A stretch of 64,000 nt of DNA from Nitrosopumilus sp. GTDB lineage: Archaea > Thermoproteota > Nitrososphaeria > Nitrososphaerales > Nitrosopumilaceae. Both the position numbers and the translations under genes were made by a program. The notes under the pieces were generated by a model. That model was given only the letters and a program-made list of their open reading frames with translations. It was not told where the DNA came from and made no database searches. Location: assembly GCA_965223425.1 (NCBI GenBank), contig OZ245003.1:2240001-2304000 (forward strand), written 5' to 3'. Positions 50,362 to 60,435 of the stretch are shown here, one piece after another. Within the stretch, counting starts at the first letter, position 1; every line of letters begins with the position of its first letter.

Positions 50362-51338
50362 TCAACCTTTACTGAATCTAGTCTCCAAGATTGTGTAATC
50401 AAAGTGTCTTTTAGCGGAGTGCCTTGTTTTACTTGGGATTCTAAAAGTCCAGTCCAGCATATTTGACTTCCGCAATCTCCTGCGTATCGTAACGGAACTA
50501 CAAAGAATTTACATCCGTGTCGCCTACATGCATCTTGGAGCATTTCGGATAATCGTTTGTTAGCTGCAACACCGCCAACTATCATCAATTCTTTTTTACC
50601 TGTGAATGACAAGGCACGTTCTACAACTTCACTAATCATAGCAAAAGCAGTTTCTTGAAGTGAGTAACAGGCATCAATTTTATTTTTCTTTGCGGCAGAT
50701 TTTGTTGCAGATAACAAGCCGGAAAAAGAAACATCGTTTCCTTTTACTGAATATGGCAATGCAACATAGTTAGAAGATCTGGATGCCAGTTCCTCGATGT
50801 TTTTTCCACAGGGGGAGGCAAATCCAATGGATCTTCCAAACTGATCAAGTAATTGGCCCAATGTGATATCCAGGGTTTCACCAAAAACTCTCCACTGTTT
50901 ATTGAGAAATGCAAGAATCATTGTGTGTCCTCCAGACACCAAAAGTACCAAGGGGTTAGTTGCACCAGTGAGAAGTTTCCCCAATTCAATATGGCCAATG
51001 GCGTGATTGACAGGAAAGATTGGAATTTTGTAAAAAGAAGACAAAGATCTGGCAACAACTGCGCCTACTCGCAAACACGGGCCCAATCCCGGACCTGCGG
51101 CATAAGAGATCAGATCTAAATCCTGTATTGCGGTATTTGCCTCTCTTAGACAGTCGGCCAACACCAAAGAACTGTTCTCAACGTGATGACGTGATGCCTC
51201 CCGCGGATGAATCCCTTCTCCGTCCTCAGGACGGTAAATTTTTCTTACATCAGAGAGAATCTTGCCTTTTTTTCCTTTTTTTTCAATTACGGCGCAAGAA
51301 AATGTGTGTGCGGTGCTTTCAATTCCCAGACCTAGCAT
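50355..51338 (-). CDS. kae1: KEOPS t6A synthase Kae1
   Basis: GIESTAHT, GPGLGPCL, VNHAIGH and VSGGHT motifs. Confidence 0.95.
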   Translation of the reverse strand: MLGLGIESTAHTFSCAVIEKKGKKGKILSDVRKIYRPEDGEGIHPREASRHHVENSSLVLADCLREANTAIQDLDLISYAAGPGLGPCLRVGAVVARSLSSFYKIPIFPVNHAIGHIELGKLLTGATNPLVLLVSGGHTMILAFLNKQWRVFGETLDITLGQLLDQFGRSIGFASPCGKNIEELASRSSNYVALPYSVKGNDVSFSGLLSATKSAAKKNKIDACYSLQETAFAMISEVVERALSFTGKKELMIVGGVAANKRLSEMLQDACRRHGCKFFVVPLRYAGDCGSQICWTGLLESQVKQGTPLKDTLITQSWRLDSVKVDY

Positions 51339-51339
51339 G

Positions 51340-52536
51340 TTATCCCCTACTCAGCGTGGATACAATTTTGATCACATCGCCATCTTTTAATTTCTGCTCA
51401 CCGCTGATTCTTTGTTTGGTTTTACAGTCAATTGCGTGTAGGAACCCCCTGGCAATGTCTGCATGAATCAAACCCGCTAAATCTTTTGCAGTAGAGTTTT
51501 GGGGGAGTAGTTTGGAATCAGGTAGAATGACACCGTCCTTGTTGGTTAGTTTCGCTTCATCTTCTACAGGATATACAACAATAAATTTCAAAGAATCAAA
51601 AACAGCACTGTTTAAGATTTTTTGAATTCCAGTAGACGTGATTTTAGAAAATACTGATTTCACCAAATCCAGTGCTTTTTGTTGGGGGGGCAGAACTTCT
51701 TGTCCTTCAATTATTTTAAAACCCTCATCGCCTGGAGAATAGGCTACAATCCCAGCTTTTGATGCCTTGCGCAAAAGCAATTCTGTTTCTGCACTGCAAG
51801 GAATCACAGGATCAGAGATTTTTTTAAGAATGTCAAGATCTTGGCAGAGATCGGCTTTGTTTGCGGCAACAATCATTGGTTTGGTATTTTTTCTTAATTC
51901 TTTAACAAAGGTTCGGATATCAGAGTCTTCCCATTCTTTTGGATTTTTAGAAATAAGACCCAGCTTTTGCAACACCTCACGTACTTTGTAATCTTTGATC
52001 CCCAATCCTGTGAATCGTTTTGCAATGCCATCAGTAAGCTTGGCTCTTTTCTGATCGATTTCTCGGGTAATTTTATCCCATTCCCTTTTGAGAATGTCTG
52101 CAAACCATTGATCAAACTCGTCTTGAACAAACATTACATCTTCTAGAGGATCATGGGTTCCGGTTGGAACAGGCTGTCCTTGGATGTCAGTAGTTCCAGC
52201 AATATCTACCACATGAATCAGGACTTCAGCTTGTCGTGCATCATCAAGAAACTGGTTTCCCAATCCCTTTCCTTCGTGTGCGCCCGGAACCAGTCCTGCA
52301 ACATCAATTAGTTTAACTGGAATGAGACGGGTTCCATTAACGCATAGCGTGTTTTCATGTTGAATATCAAAATGTTTGCAGGCACAATCTGCCTTGACAT
52401 AGGCTACGCCAACATTGGGCTCAATCGTGGTGAAAGGAAAATTGCCTGATGCCACAGGGGTTTCTGTTGCAGCTGAAAAAAACGTAGACTTGCCAACATT
52501 TGCTTTTCCCAATAAACCAATTTGCACTATTGTCAA
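51340..52536 (-). CDS. ychF: YchF/Obg-family translation-associated GTPase
   Basis: GKANVGKS, FPFTTIEPN, DVAGL and TGS domain. Confidence 0.92.
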   Translation of the reverse strand: MTIVQIGLLGKANVGKSTFFSAATETPVASGNFPFTTIEPNVGVAYVKADCACKHFDIQHENTLCVNGTRLIPVKLIDVAGLVPGAHEGKGLGNQFLDDARQAEVLIHVVDIAGTTDIQGQPVPTGTHDPLEDVMFVQDEFDQWFADILKREWDKITREIDQKRAKLTDGIAKRFTGLGIKDYKVREVLQKLGLISKNPKEWEDSDIRTFVKELRKNTKPMIVAANKADLCQDLDILKKISDPVIPCSAETELLLRKASKAGIVAYSPGDEGFKIIEGQEVLPPQQKALDLVKSVFSKITSTGIQKILNSAVFDSLKFIVVYPVEDEAKLTNKDGVILPDSKLLPQNSTAKDLAGLIHADIARGFLHAIDCKTKQRISGEQKLKDGDVIKIVSTLSRG

Positions 52537-52744
52537 AAACCCAATTCTACTTATTAGTATTGCAGAAATCGGTTCTGTGAAGTTATCGGGGGTTATATGT
52601 CAATTCCCAAAATGTACAAGCCTCCAAACCGCAAGATATTCGCTGAAAGCGATAAAGTCAATATCACAGAAATATGCGCCGAACTCTGATCTAATGGATA
52701 TGGCGGCTACATTCACAAAGATGGTCAATCATTGCATCAAGATA

Positions 52745-53850
52745 TAGTCTAGAGCAAAAGTTCTTGAGATCAAATATGTTAGACAGAAATACATTTTGAT
52801 CACGCCGCACCACGCATTGCAATGCCCACAGTAAAATCCGAAGACCTGAAGAAAGCGTACAGGAGGGAGAAGAACCCTCGTGTCAAGATCAGAATGGCGG
52901 CCGTAAACATGGTGTGCATGAACAATGAAAGCATTCAACATGTGGCAGACTCGCTCATGCAGTGCCCCAACTGGGTGTCCTTCTGGGTGGAACGCTTCAA
53001 GGAGGAGAAGGGCGGCATAGACGCCCTCCGGGATCTTCCAAAGACAGGCAGGCCGCCAAAGGTTCGGTTGGACAAGATTGCAAGGGTTGTATCAGATGCA
53101 AACAGCAGCGGCATTATTACGCCAAAAAGACTCAAAAGCGACATACAAAAAAGATTCAAAGTAAAATACCACATAACCAGCATCAGAAAGATAATGCACA
53201 AGCTTGGAATGTCTGCCAAGACGGCTCAGCGCATCCACATCAGCAGGGCAGAAATTGACAAAATCAAAAGGTGGCAACACAATGCAAAAAGGCGGATTTC
53301 ACGCCTGGAATTGAAGGGTTTTACAACTGTCGTTTTTGACGAATCGATATTCATCGACGATCCTGCAAGTGGCGCAAAGTACTGGTCACCAAAAGGGGAG
53401 CCAATCACAACGACATACAAGGGACGGCACGGCAGGGTGGTGGCATACGGCTCCATTGCGACAGACGGCAGGCAGTTCTTTAGGACATATGACAGGTTTG
53501 ACAAGGAGACGGTTCTGCAATACATCAGGGAGATGACAAGTCATTTTGGCAAAGTGACAATCATCATGGACAACGCGCCGCAGCACAAGGCAAGGATTGT
53601 AAAAGAGTTTCTTGCAGGCAACCCCGATGTCAGGACAATATGGCTTCCGACTGCAACGCCTGAGCTCAGTGTAGTTGAGGAGTACTGGCATCAGGCAAAA
53701 CGGGACGTGTCGGTATCTGAATATTACGCTACGGTTGTGCACATGCGCCATGCAATGTCAGAATATTTCAGGACAGCCCGTCCCAAGCTTGATGCGATGA
53801 AGTTTATCTGTAGAAGGTCGCTCACTCTCAAAAACTTTTGATTGACACTA
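52745..53850 (+). mobile_element. IS630-family element B, copy 2
   Basis: TAGT...ACTA ends with TA duplication; near-identical to copy 1. Confidence 0.93.
52822..53841 (+). CDS. IS630 transposase
   Basis: DDE_3 motifs as in copy 1. Confidence 0.93.
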   Translation: MPTVKSEDLKKAYRREKNPRVKIRMAAVNMVCMNNESIQHVADSLMQCPNWVSFWVERFKEEKGGIDALRDLPKTGRPPKVRLDKIARVVSDANSSGIITPKRLKSDIQKRFKVKYHITSIRKIMHKLGMSAKTAQRIHISRAEIDKIKRWQHNAKRRISRLELKGFTTVVFDESIFIDDPASGAKYWSPKGEPITTTYKGRHGRVVAYGSIATDGRQFFRTYDRFDKETVLQYIREMTSHFGKVTIIMDNAPQHKARIVKEFLAGNPDVRTIWLPTATPELSVVEEYWHQAKRDVSVSEYYATVVHMRHAMSEYFRTARPKLDAMKFICRRSLTLKNF

Positions 53851-55006
53851 TAGGGTTGAAAGAAGACACTCACAATATGAAGAGGCTGTCCATGTTATGT
53901 TATCATGAATTACGTAACTATGACATTTTATCAACATACAAACTAAATGCAATATCAAGAGCTGCAGGCACATTATCAAACAGAAAACAATCAGTCAAAC
54001 GAGGTGTCAGAATAAGAGACCCAATAGTCAAAAATCCCTTTATGACAAACTGTTACGGCATAAAACACAACGGTGCACTACTAACAATCCCATACAAGAA
54101 ACATAACCCAATCAACATTTTACTCAACGATCACACCCAAAAAATCCTGTCTGATCCCGCCTTGACGGTGCGCTCGTTTTCACTGACTGCCCTCAACATC
54201 AGTCTTTGTGTTTCAAAAAAAGTACAAGAGATAGAGTGCACCAAGAAAGTTGGAATAGACAGAAACCTAAGAAATGTGACGTGTGGGAACGAGGAAGAGG
54301 TGACAGTCTACAAGACAAACAAGCTGCTATCCATAAAGGAGAACACAATACACGCCAGGGCAGGCTTCCACAGAAATGACCGCAGGAAGAAAAATCAGTT
54401 CTACAAGGAAAAACAGAGAAGACTGACTGACAGAGCAAAGCAGTACATCCACAGAATCTCAAAGGATATAGTAGACAACGCAGTCAAAAACAAGACTGCA
54501 ATCGTCATGGAAAACCTGAAAGGAATAAGAAAATTGTACCGAAAAGGAAATGGTCAGGGCAACAAGTACAGGCGCAGATTGAACGGGTGGCAATTCTACG
54601 AGCTGCAACGCCAAATAGAATACAAAGCCCGATGGGTCGGGCTCCCTCCAGTCGAGACAGTAGACCCAAGAAACACGAGCACGCAGTGTCCGCAATGCGG
54701 AAAGAGACTCCAAGAGGACATGCAACAGCATCGTAAACTGTCGTGTAATAATTGCGGTTTGTTTATGGACAGGGATATTGTCGCTGCCATGAACAACATA
54801 TCACGCAAGCTGCCCCCTAGGTTTAGGGGCAGTAGAGATGACATATGTGAAGCGCAGTCCGGCACTTTTGAGCCGGCGATGACGGAATCCGGCACACCAT
54901 TGGTAATCCGAATAGTCGATATGTCAAAGTCGAGTTATAGGGGTTAACTCCCGATAACTTCACAGAACCCAGAAATCGTTTAATGCAGTATTCACGATTT
55001 TATAGC

Positions 55007-55555
55007 ATGTCAATAGTGATTACCGGAAGTCCGGGAGTTGGAAAGCATACCATAACACAGGAAATTGCTGAAAAACTCAGATTGCCCGTAATTGACATTA
55101 ATAGTGTGGCAAAAGATGCCGGATTATTTGAGAAAAATGGCGATACAAACGAGGTTGATACTTCAAAATTAGGAAAAATTCTTGAACAGGAAACTTTGGA
55201 GAAATGTGTGATTGTCGGGCATTTGGCACCTTATGTTTTAGACAAAAACAAAATAAAAATAATGATTGTTTTGAGACGAAGTCCTTATGACTTGATTCCC
55301 ATATATGAGAAGAGAGGATACACGGACAAAAAAATCACAGAGAATACCGGCAGCGAGATACTAGGCATAATTGCACATGATTCATCAAGTAAATTTCAAG
55401 AAAAAGTGTTTCAGGTAAACACCAGTGAAAAAAGTATTCCAGAAGCAGTGGAAAAGGTAATGACTGTAATCTCCACCCACAAGGGCGGCGAAGAGGTAGA
55501 CTGGCTTGACTTGGTTACAAAAAACAGTGACTTGAAAAAATTTTTTGCTGATTGA
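55007..55555 (+). CDS. Archaeal adenylate/NMP kinase (AK6/Fap7-like)
   Basis: ITGSPGVGK P-loop, VGH and RGY..KI.EN motifs. Confidence 0.85.
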   Translation: MSIVITGSPGVGKHTITQEIAEKLRLPVIDINSVAKDAGLFEKNGDTNEVDTSKLGKILEQETLEKCVIVGHLAPYVLDKNKIKIMIVLRRSPYDLIPIYEKRGYTDKKITENTGSEILGIIAHDSSSKFQEKVFQVNTSEKSIPEAVEKVMTVISTHKGGEEVDWLDLVTKNSDLKKFFAD

Positions 55556-55568
55556 TTAAATAACGCCC

Positions 55569-57098
55569 TTGATTTTTGGTAGTTACTTGTTTGAAATTTC
55601 CAAAACAGACCTGGCAGGAAGAATCGGTACTCTCCACACCAACCATGGAAAGATTGAAACGCCGGCATATGTTCCTGTTATTCATCCAGTAAAACAAACA
55701 ATCCCATCAAAAAAAATTCAATCCATAGGTTTTGATCTAGTAATTACAAATGCATACATTACAAGAAATAATTTTGGCGATGAGGCTGTAAAAAAAGGAA
55801 TTCATAAAATCATAGATTTTGACGGTGCAGTCATGACAGATTCTGGGGGTTATCAAGTTCTAGAATACGGAGATCTCAAGGTGCTGCCGCCAGAGATGGC
55901 AGATTTTGAAAAAGGAATCCTGACTGATTTTGCAATTCCGCTTGACAAACCAACGGGATTCGGGCTGCCATTAGAAAAAGCAGAGGCATACGTCAATCAC
56001 ACTCTCAAAGTTTCAAAACAAACACTTGACAACAGCAAAGACAATGGTCAGATCTGGATTGGCCCGATTCAGGGCGGAGAACATTTTGAGCTTGTCGCAA
56101 AATCAACGAAGAAGCTGGTAGATGCCGGTTTTCAGATGCTAGCTTTGGGAAGTCCAGTCGAATTCATGGAGTCATACGAGTACAGGCTGCTGGCACAGAT
56201 GATTGTGGCTGCAAAAAAACAGATGCCTCATTCTATTCCCTTACATCTCTTTGGGGCAGGACATCCTCTGACAATACCACTTGCAGTAGCTTTGGGATGC
56301 GACACATTTGACTCTGCATCATACATGCTTTATGCCAAACATTTGAGATACATCACAGGTGATGGCACGCGCCACCTAGCAGACATTACCGTATTTCCAT
56401 GTAATTGTGAAGTATGCTCAAAATATGCGCCAGACGAGCTGCGTCAGCTAGAGACTGCTGAAAAAATCAATCAGCTGGCAATCCATAATCTCTATGCAAT
56501 CAAACTGGAAGTGGACAAAGTAAAGCAGGCAATCTATGAAGGAAGATTGTGGGAATACGTAATGAAAAAGGCACGAGCCCACCCTAGGCTGTTTGAAATG
56601 ATTGAAGTGATGACAAGCAACCACGAATTTCTTGGTGCCACTACGCCAAAATTCAAAGAAAGGGCCATTTTTCTCTATGACAAAGAGGATCAGTTTCGTC
56701 CAGAGGTTCAAACGTATCACAACATGGTTAGAAAATTCAAATCAACAAAAAAGAAACTTCTCATTACCAAAGAGTCAGGTACAAAGCCAGGATACTTGTC
56801 CCATGAATATGCCGTACTGGAAAAAAAATTCAAGGATTTTGACTCGATACAAACGTGCCAATACAATCCACAAATGGGATTAATTCCAATTGAAATTTCA
56901 GACATCTTTCCAGCTGCGCACCATGAGACTGCTAGGATGGGTTTTGAGCCAAAAGAATTTCCTGCATTTGAGGAGACATGGAGGCGCTTCTTTGACAACA
57001 ACAAGTTTTCAGAGATTCATTATGATAAAAAAGACAAATTCTTGAAGCATTTTATAAAAACACTGCCAAAGGGCATCAAGAGAAAATCTTTTTCGTAA
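55569..57098 (+). CDS. tgtA: Archaeosine tRNA-guanine(15) transglycosylase
   Basis: MTDSGGYQ, HLFGAGHP, DTFDSA and CxCxxC motifs. Confidence 0.95.
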   Translation: MIFGSYLFEISKTDLAGRIGTLHTNHGKIETPAYVPVIHPVKQTIPSKKIQSIGFDLVITNAYITRNNFGDEAVKKGIHKIIDFDGAVMTDSGGYQVLEYGDLKVLPPEMADFEKGILTDFAIPLDKPTGFGLPLEKAEAYVNHTLKVSKQTLDNSKDNGQIWIGPIQGGEHFELVAKSTKKLVDAGFQMLALGSPVEFMESYEYRLLAQMIVAAKKQMPHSIPLHLFGAGHPLTIPLAVALGCDTFDSASYMLYAKHLRYITGDGTRHLADITVFPCNCEVCSKYAPDELRQLETAEKINQLAIHNLYAIKLEVDKVKQAIYEGRLWEYVMKKARAHPRLFEMIEVMTSNHEFLGATTPKFKERAIFLYDKEDQFRPEVQTYHNMVRKFKSTKKKLLITKESGTKPGYLSHEYAVLEKKFKDFDSIQTCQYNPQMGLIPIEISDIFPAAHHETARMGFEPKEFPAFEETWRRFFDNNKFSEIHYDKKDKFLKHFIKTLPKGIKRKSFS

Positions 57099-57136
57099 TC
57101 AAAAATAAGAAAAAAGAATGTGCTAAAAGACTCAGC

Positions 57137-57439
57137 TTATAGTGCTGCGTCTTCTGCCCAACCTTTGATGAAGACGCCGTTTTTGTGAAGAGGTACTGGT
57201 TGTCCAGCAGTGTAATTCATTGGTCTCATCCAGAAGATTGATTTTGTTGGACATACGCCGATGCATGCACCATCAGAAATACATCTTTCTGGATAAAATA
57301 CAAATGCTTTACCTCTCTTCCAGCCTTCAACTGGTTTTACTCTAAGGACATCCGGACCAAGAGTTGTACAGATTTCTACACATAGTGCACATCCGATACA
57401 TCTTTGTTCGTCAATGTCTGGAAGTATTGCTATTGGCAT
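57137..57439 (-). CDS. 4Fe-4S ferredoxin
   Basis: CIGCALCVEIC and CISDGACIGVCP. Confidence 0.92.
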   Translation of the reverse strand: MPIAILPDIDEQRCIGCALCVEICTTLGPDVLRVKPVEGWKRGKAFVFYPERCISDGACIGVCPTKSIFWMRPMNYTAGQPVPLHKNGVFIKGWAEDAAL

Positions 57440-57577
57440 TACAGAATCAATACTGCCTGATGACTATTTAAACCATGATTGAAATTCATAACCCTGTTAT
57501 GAAACTGATCGAGCTAAAGCGTGCGCAAAAGGGCGGTTAAAAAAATAAAAAACAAAAAGATAACGTGTTTTGCACGT

Positions 57578-57790
57578 TTATTTTCTCATTGCGTCTATTT
57601 GACCGGAGGTAACCCAGTCAAGTAATTCTGCAGAAGAAGGATTTAGATCTGCTTTCTGATTCATCAGATTGTTAACCCAAATCCAGTTAATTTGGTTAAG
57701 GAGTGGTTTGTTTGCTTCGTCACCAGCACGTGTTTTAGCGACGACGGCTTGATCTTGTTGTCCTAACCATTCTTGGAAGCTTCTTCCCAT
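57578..57790 (-). CDS. Small hypothetical protein
   Basis: 70-aa ORF with its own TATA and biased codon usage. Confidence 0.7.
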   Translation of the reverse strand: MGRSFQEWLGQQDQAVVAKTRAGDEANKPLLNQINWIWVNNLMNQKADLNPSSAELLDWVTSGQIDAMRK

Positions 57791-57902
57791 GAGGATCGGA
57801 TCTTAGCTTACACTAATTAAAGCTTTTGTAGATTCTATAATAGGCACAATGATTAGCCGACTTTAAGAAGGTTTTAACGTCGCTGAAAATTCATCTTAAT
57901 TC

Positions 57903-59168
57903 TTGGATGTCAAGGTTTTAGGAGCTGCAAACGAGGTTGGCAGATCTGGTTTTTTGGTCAATTGTAATGGAACAAAGCTCCTGCTTGATTATGGGGTATT
58001 GTTTGGTAAAAGGGGAACGCCCCCGCAATATCCACTTCATGTTAAACCAAAAGATTTGGATGCAGTCATAATAACTCATGCTCATCTGGATCATTCAGGT
58101 AACGTTCCATCTCTTTTTGTTAGCGGAAATACTGATGTTTATGCCACACCGCCAACCTTTGATCTCTCAAAGTTATTGATAGAAGACATGCTAAAAATTG
58201 AAAAGAACTCACATCCGTTTGATCTGCCCGAAGTAAACAACATGATGAAAAATGCCAAGGAGATTGGGTTTAAACAGAGGATTGCCAAGGGAAGCGCGAC
58301 TTTGGAATTAAGGGAGTCAGGCCACGTAATTGGAGGGAGTACCGTTTTGGTAGAGTCAGAAAAGAAGCGTCTTTTCTATACCGGCGATGTTAAAACAAAC
58401 GGCTCGAGGATGCTGCGCGAGATGGATTTGGATGTGGGGGAGATTGACTTGCTAATTACGGAGAGCACGTATGCTAAAACAGAACAGAAGCCAAGAAAAG
58501 AGTCTGAGAGGGAATTAATAGAGTTTGCAAATGAGGTAATGGATAGAAAAGGAATATTGTTTATTCCGTCATTTTCAGTGGAACGCTCTCAGGAGATGGC
58601 CTGCATACTAAAGAGTGCAAATTTCAAACACAAAATCATCATGGACGGAATGGCACTCAAGGTAAATGAGATAATGTTTAGGCATCCAGAATACCTAAGG
58701 GATCCAAAAACATTTTCAGATGCAATCAACGGGGCAACTGCAATTAGGGGGCACTCTGAGCGAAAACGTGCGATGGGCAAACCGTGCGTTGTAATATCGC
58801 CGGCTGGAATGCTGGTTGGAGGCAACGCAGTATACTATTTGCAACAGCTGGCATTTGACGCCAAGAATGGCATTGCACTGGTATCATACCAAGGAGAGGG
58901 AACTCCGGGCAAAAAACTACTAGAAACGGGAACAGTTTCAACCAGAGGAAAGGATCTCAACGTTACAGCAGAGGTAAAACAGTTTGAGTTTTCAGGACAT
59001 GCAGATAGAAACGAGCTGTTTGATATGATCAAAAAAATCAGAGGAGATCCCAAAGTGCTGACAGTTCACGGGGACTCTGAATCATGCAGCATGTTTGCCC
59101 AGGAAATTCACGAAAAATTCGGTTTGGAGGCATGTGCCCCGGCAGTTAATGAGACAACAACTGTGTAA
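57903..59168 (+). CDS. Beta-CASP metallo-beta-lactamase ribonuclease
   Basis: EVGRS, THAHLDH, ESTY and FSGH motifs. Confidence 0.92.
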   Translation: MDVKVLGAANEVGRSGFLVNCNGTKLLLDYGVLFGKRGTPPQYPLHVKPKDLDAVIITHAHLDHSGNVPSLFVSGNTDVYATPPTFDLSKLLIEDMLKIEKNSHPFDLPEVNNMMKNAKEIGFKQRIAKGSATLELRESGHVIGGSTVLVESEKKRLFYTGDVKTNGSRMLREMDLDVGEIDLLITESTYAKTEQKPRKESERELIEFANEVMDRKGILFIPSFSVERSQEMACILKSANFKHKIIMDGMALKVNEIMFRHPEYLRDPKTFSDAINGATAIRGHSERKRAMGKPCVVISPAGMLVGGNAVYYLQQLAFDAKNGIALVSYQGEGTPGKKLLETGTVSTRGKDLNVTAEVKQFEFSGHADRNELFDMIKKIRGDPKVLTVHGDSESCSMFAQEIHEKFGLEACAPAVNETTTV

Positions 59169-59169
59169 A

Positions 59170-60027
59170 ATGCAAGATAATTACGTTGCCGCTGCCGCTG
59201 CCATAAACGTAGGGGATTCAATTAACAGCGGCCAGGTATTCTTATGGAAAAAAGATGATAATTTTTGGTATGGGATAGACGGTCAAAATGTGCTCAGAAT
59301 CAGCAGCTCGGGGGAGATCAGGTCGCACCGAAATACCAAGACAGATTTTTTGAGAAAAGATGACGACATGGAAAAAATAATCAGATCAATCTCAAGGGAC
59401 AAGACTACGAGCAGGGCTGTAAAAAAATATCCGGGACTTCGGCTGCTCAGACAAGATCCTTTCCAATGCCTGATCTCTTTTATTGTTTCCTCAAACTCCA
59501 ATATTCAAAAAATCAAGATAAATTTGGAAAAGCTGTCAAAAAAATTTGGGGAGAGAGTCGAGTTTGACAACCAAGAGTTTTTTTTGTTTCCAAAACCAGG
59601 AAGACTTGCACGGGCCCCCGCACGTGAAATTCTAAAATGTGGGATTGGGTATCGCTCAAAGTTTGTCAGACAGGCGGCAAAAATGATTGCCTCAAAGAAA
59701 ATAGATTTAGAGAGTTTAAAAAAGATAGGCTATTTTGATGCGAAAAAAAACATTTGCTTGATTCCCGGCGTAGGAAACAAAGTTGCAGACTGCATAATGT
59801 TATTTTCACTAAATAAATTAGAAGCAGTGCCGCTAGACAGATGGATGATTAAAATTTTAGAAAAGTATTATCTTGAAAAATTTGCGTTAGAGACAAAAAC
59901 GATTACAGAAAAACAATATGACATTCTTCATGAAAAAATTGTAAATCATTTTGGGCCATATGCAGGATATGCACAGCAGTTTCTCTTTAAAATGGAAAGA
60001 GACAACTATCAAAAAAAGTGGCTGTAA
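59170..60027 (+). CDS. ogg: 8-oxoguanine DNA glycosylase (OGG1 family)
   Basis: SGQVFLW, GLRLLRQD, HhH PGVGNKVADC and YAGYAQQFLF motifs. Confidence 0.9.
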   Translation: MQDNYVAAAAAINVGDSINSGQVFLWKKDDNFWYGIDGQNVLRISSSGEIRSHRNTKTDFLRKDDDMEKIIRSISRDKTTSRAVKKYPGLRLLRQDPFQCLISFIVSSNSNIQKIKINLEKLSKKFGERVEFDNQEFFLFPKPGRLARAPAREILKCGIGYRSKFVRQAAKMIASKKIDLESLKKIGYFDAKKNICLIPGVGNKVADCIMLFSLNKLEAVPLDRWMIKILEKYYLEKFALETKTITEKQYDILHEKIVNHFGPYAGYAQQFLFKMERDNYQKKWL

Positions 60028-60060
60028 ACCCTTAAAATAGTAACTAACTGCTAGGTTTTT

Positions 60061-60135
60061 GGGCCCATAGCTCAGCATGGATAGAGTGTTGGACTTCTAA
60101 TCCAATGGTCAAGGGATCGAAGCCCTTTGGGCCCG
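60061..60135 (+). tRNA. tRNA-Arg(TCT)
   Basis: Cloverleaf GGGCCCA...TGGGCCCG, anticodon TCT. Confidence 0.95.
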
Positions 60136-60139
60136 TTTA

Positions 60140-60305
60140 CCTACCTCAAGGTACTACTAGATGTTTTCAGCAGACAGTACCAATACCAGCTTAGATGAGA
60201 TTACAAAAAAAGACATTGTAGAGTTTCTAGACAAGAGAAAAAAGCCAATTGAGGTTGATCCTGAGAAAAAATTGGAGAGGACATAGAATGACTACCTTGC
60301 TTATG
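60140..60305 (+). pseudogene. Remnant of a tyrosine-integrase N-terminal domain
   Basis: EITKKDIVEFLDKRKKPIEVDPEKKLERT*NDYL resembles the recalled thaumarchaeal integrase motif FLD..K...DP.KKW..TWNDYL. Confidence 0.5.
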
Positions 60306-60435
60306 GGAGGCGTATCTGGGAAATCGTGATTGGAATGCGCTGCCTACTCATCCTCACATGCGTGGTTCCTGTTATTTTGAACCGTGCCCAGTCTTCGTAC
60401 ATGTCTAACAATAATACCAAGATCTCTTGCTATGT

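Larger units (their letters stand above)
52643..54947 (+). pseudogene. tnpB: TnpB RNA-guided nuclease interrupted by IS630-B (start approximate)
   Basis: VGIDRN, IVMENL, CPQC..CNNC and DRDIVAA motifs; removing the IS restores the frame HCIKI-GLKED. Confidence 0.9.
52571..54969 (+). mobile_element. tnpB-only element with 25-bp TIRs and an 8-bp TSD
   Basis: GGTTCTGTGAAGTTATCGGG(G/A)GTTA at both ends (24/25); CAGAAATC at 52563..52570 and 54970..54977. Confidence 0.92.

Noticed and set aside
53838-54947. Cas12f/Cas14 CRISPR effector call
   Set aside because: No repeat-spacer array or cas1/cas2 nearby; the gene is bounded by transposon ends, so TnpB is the better call.
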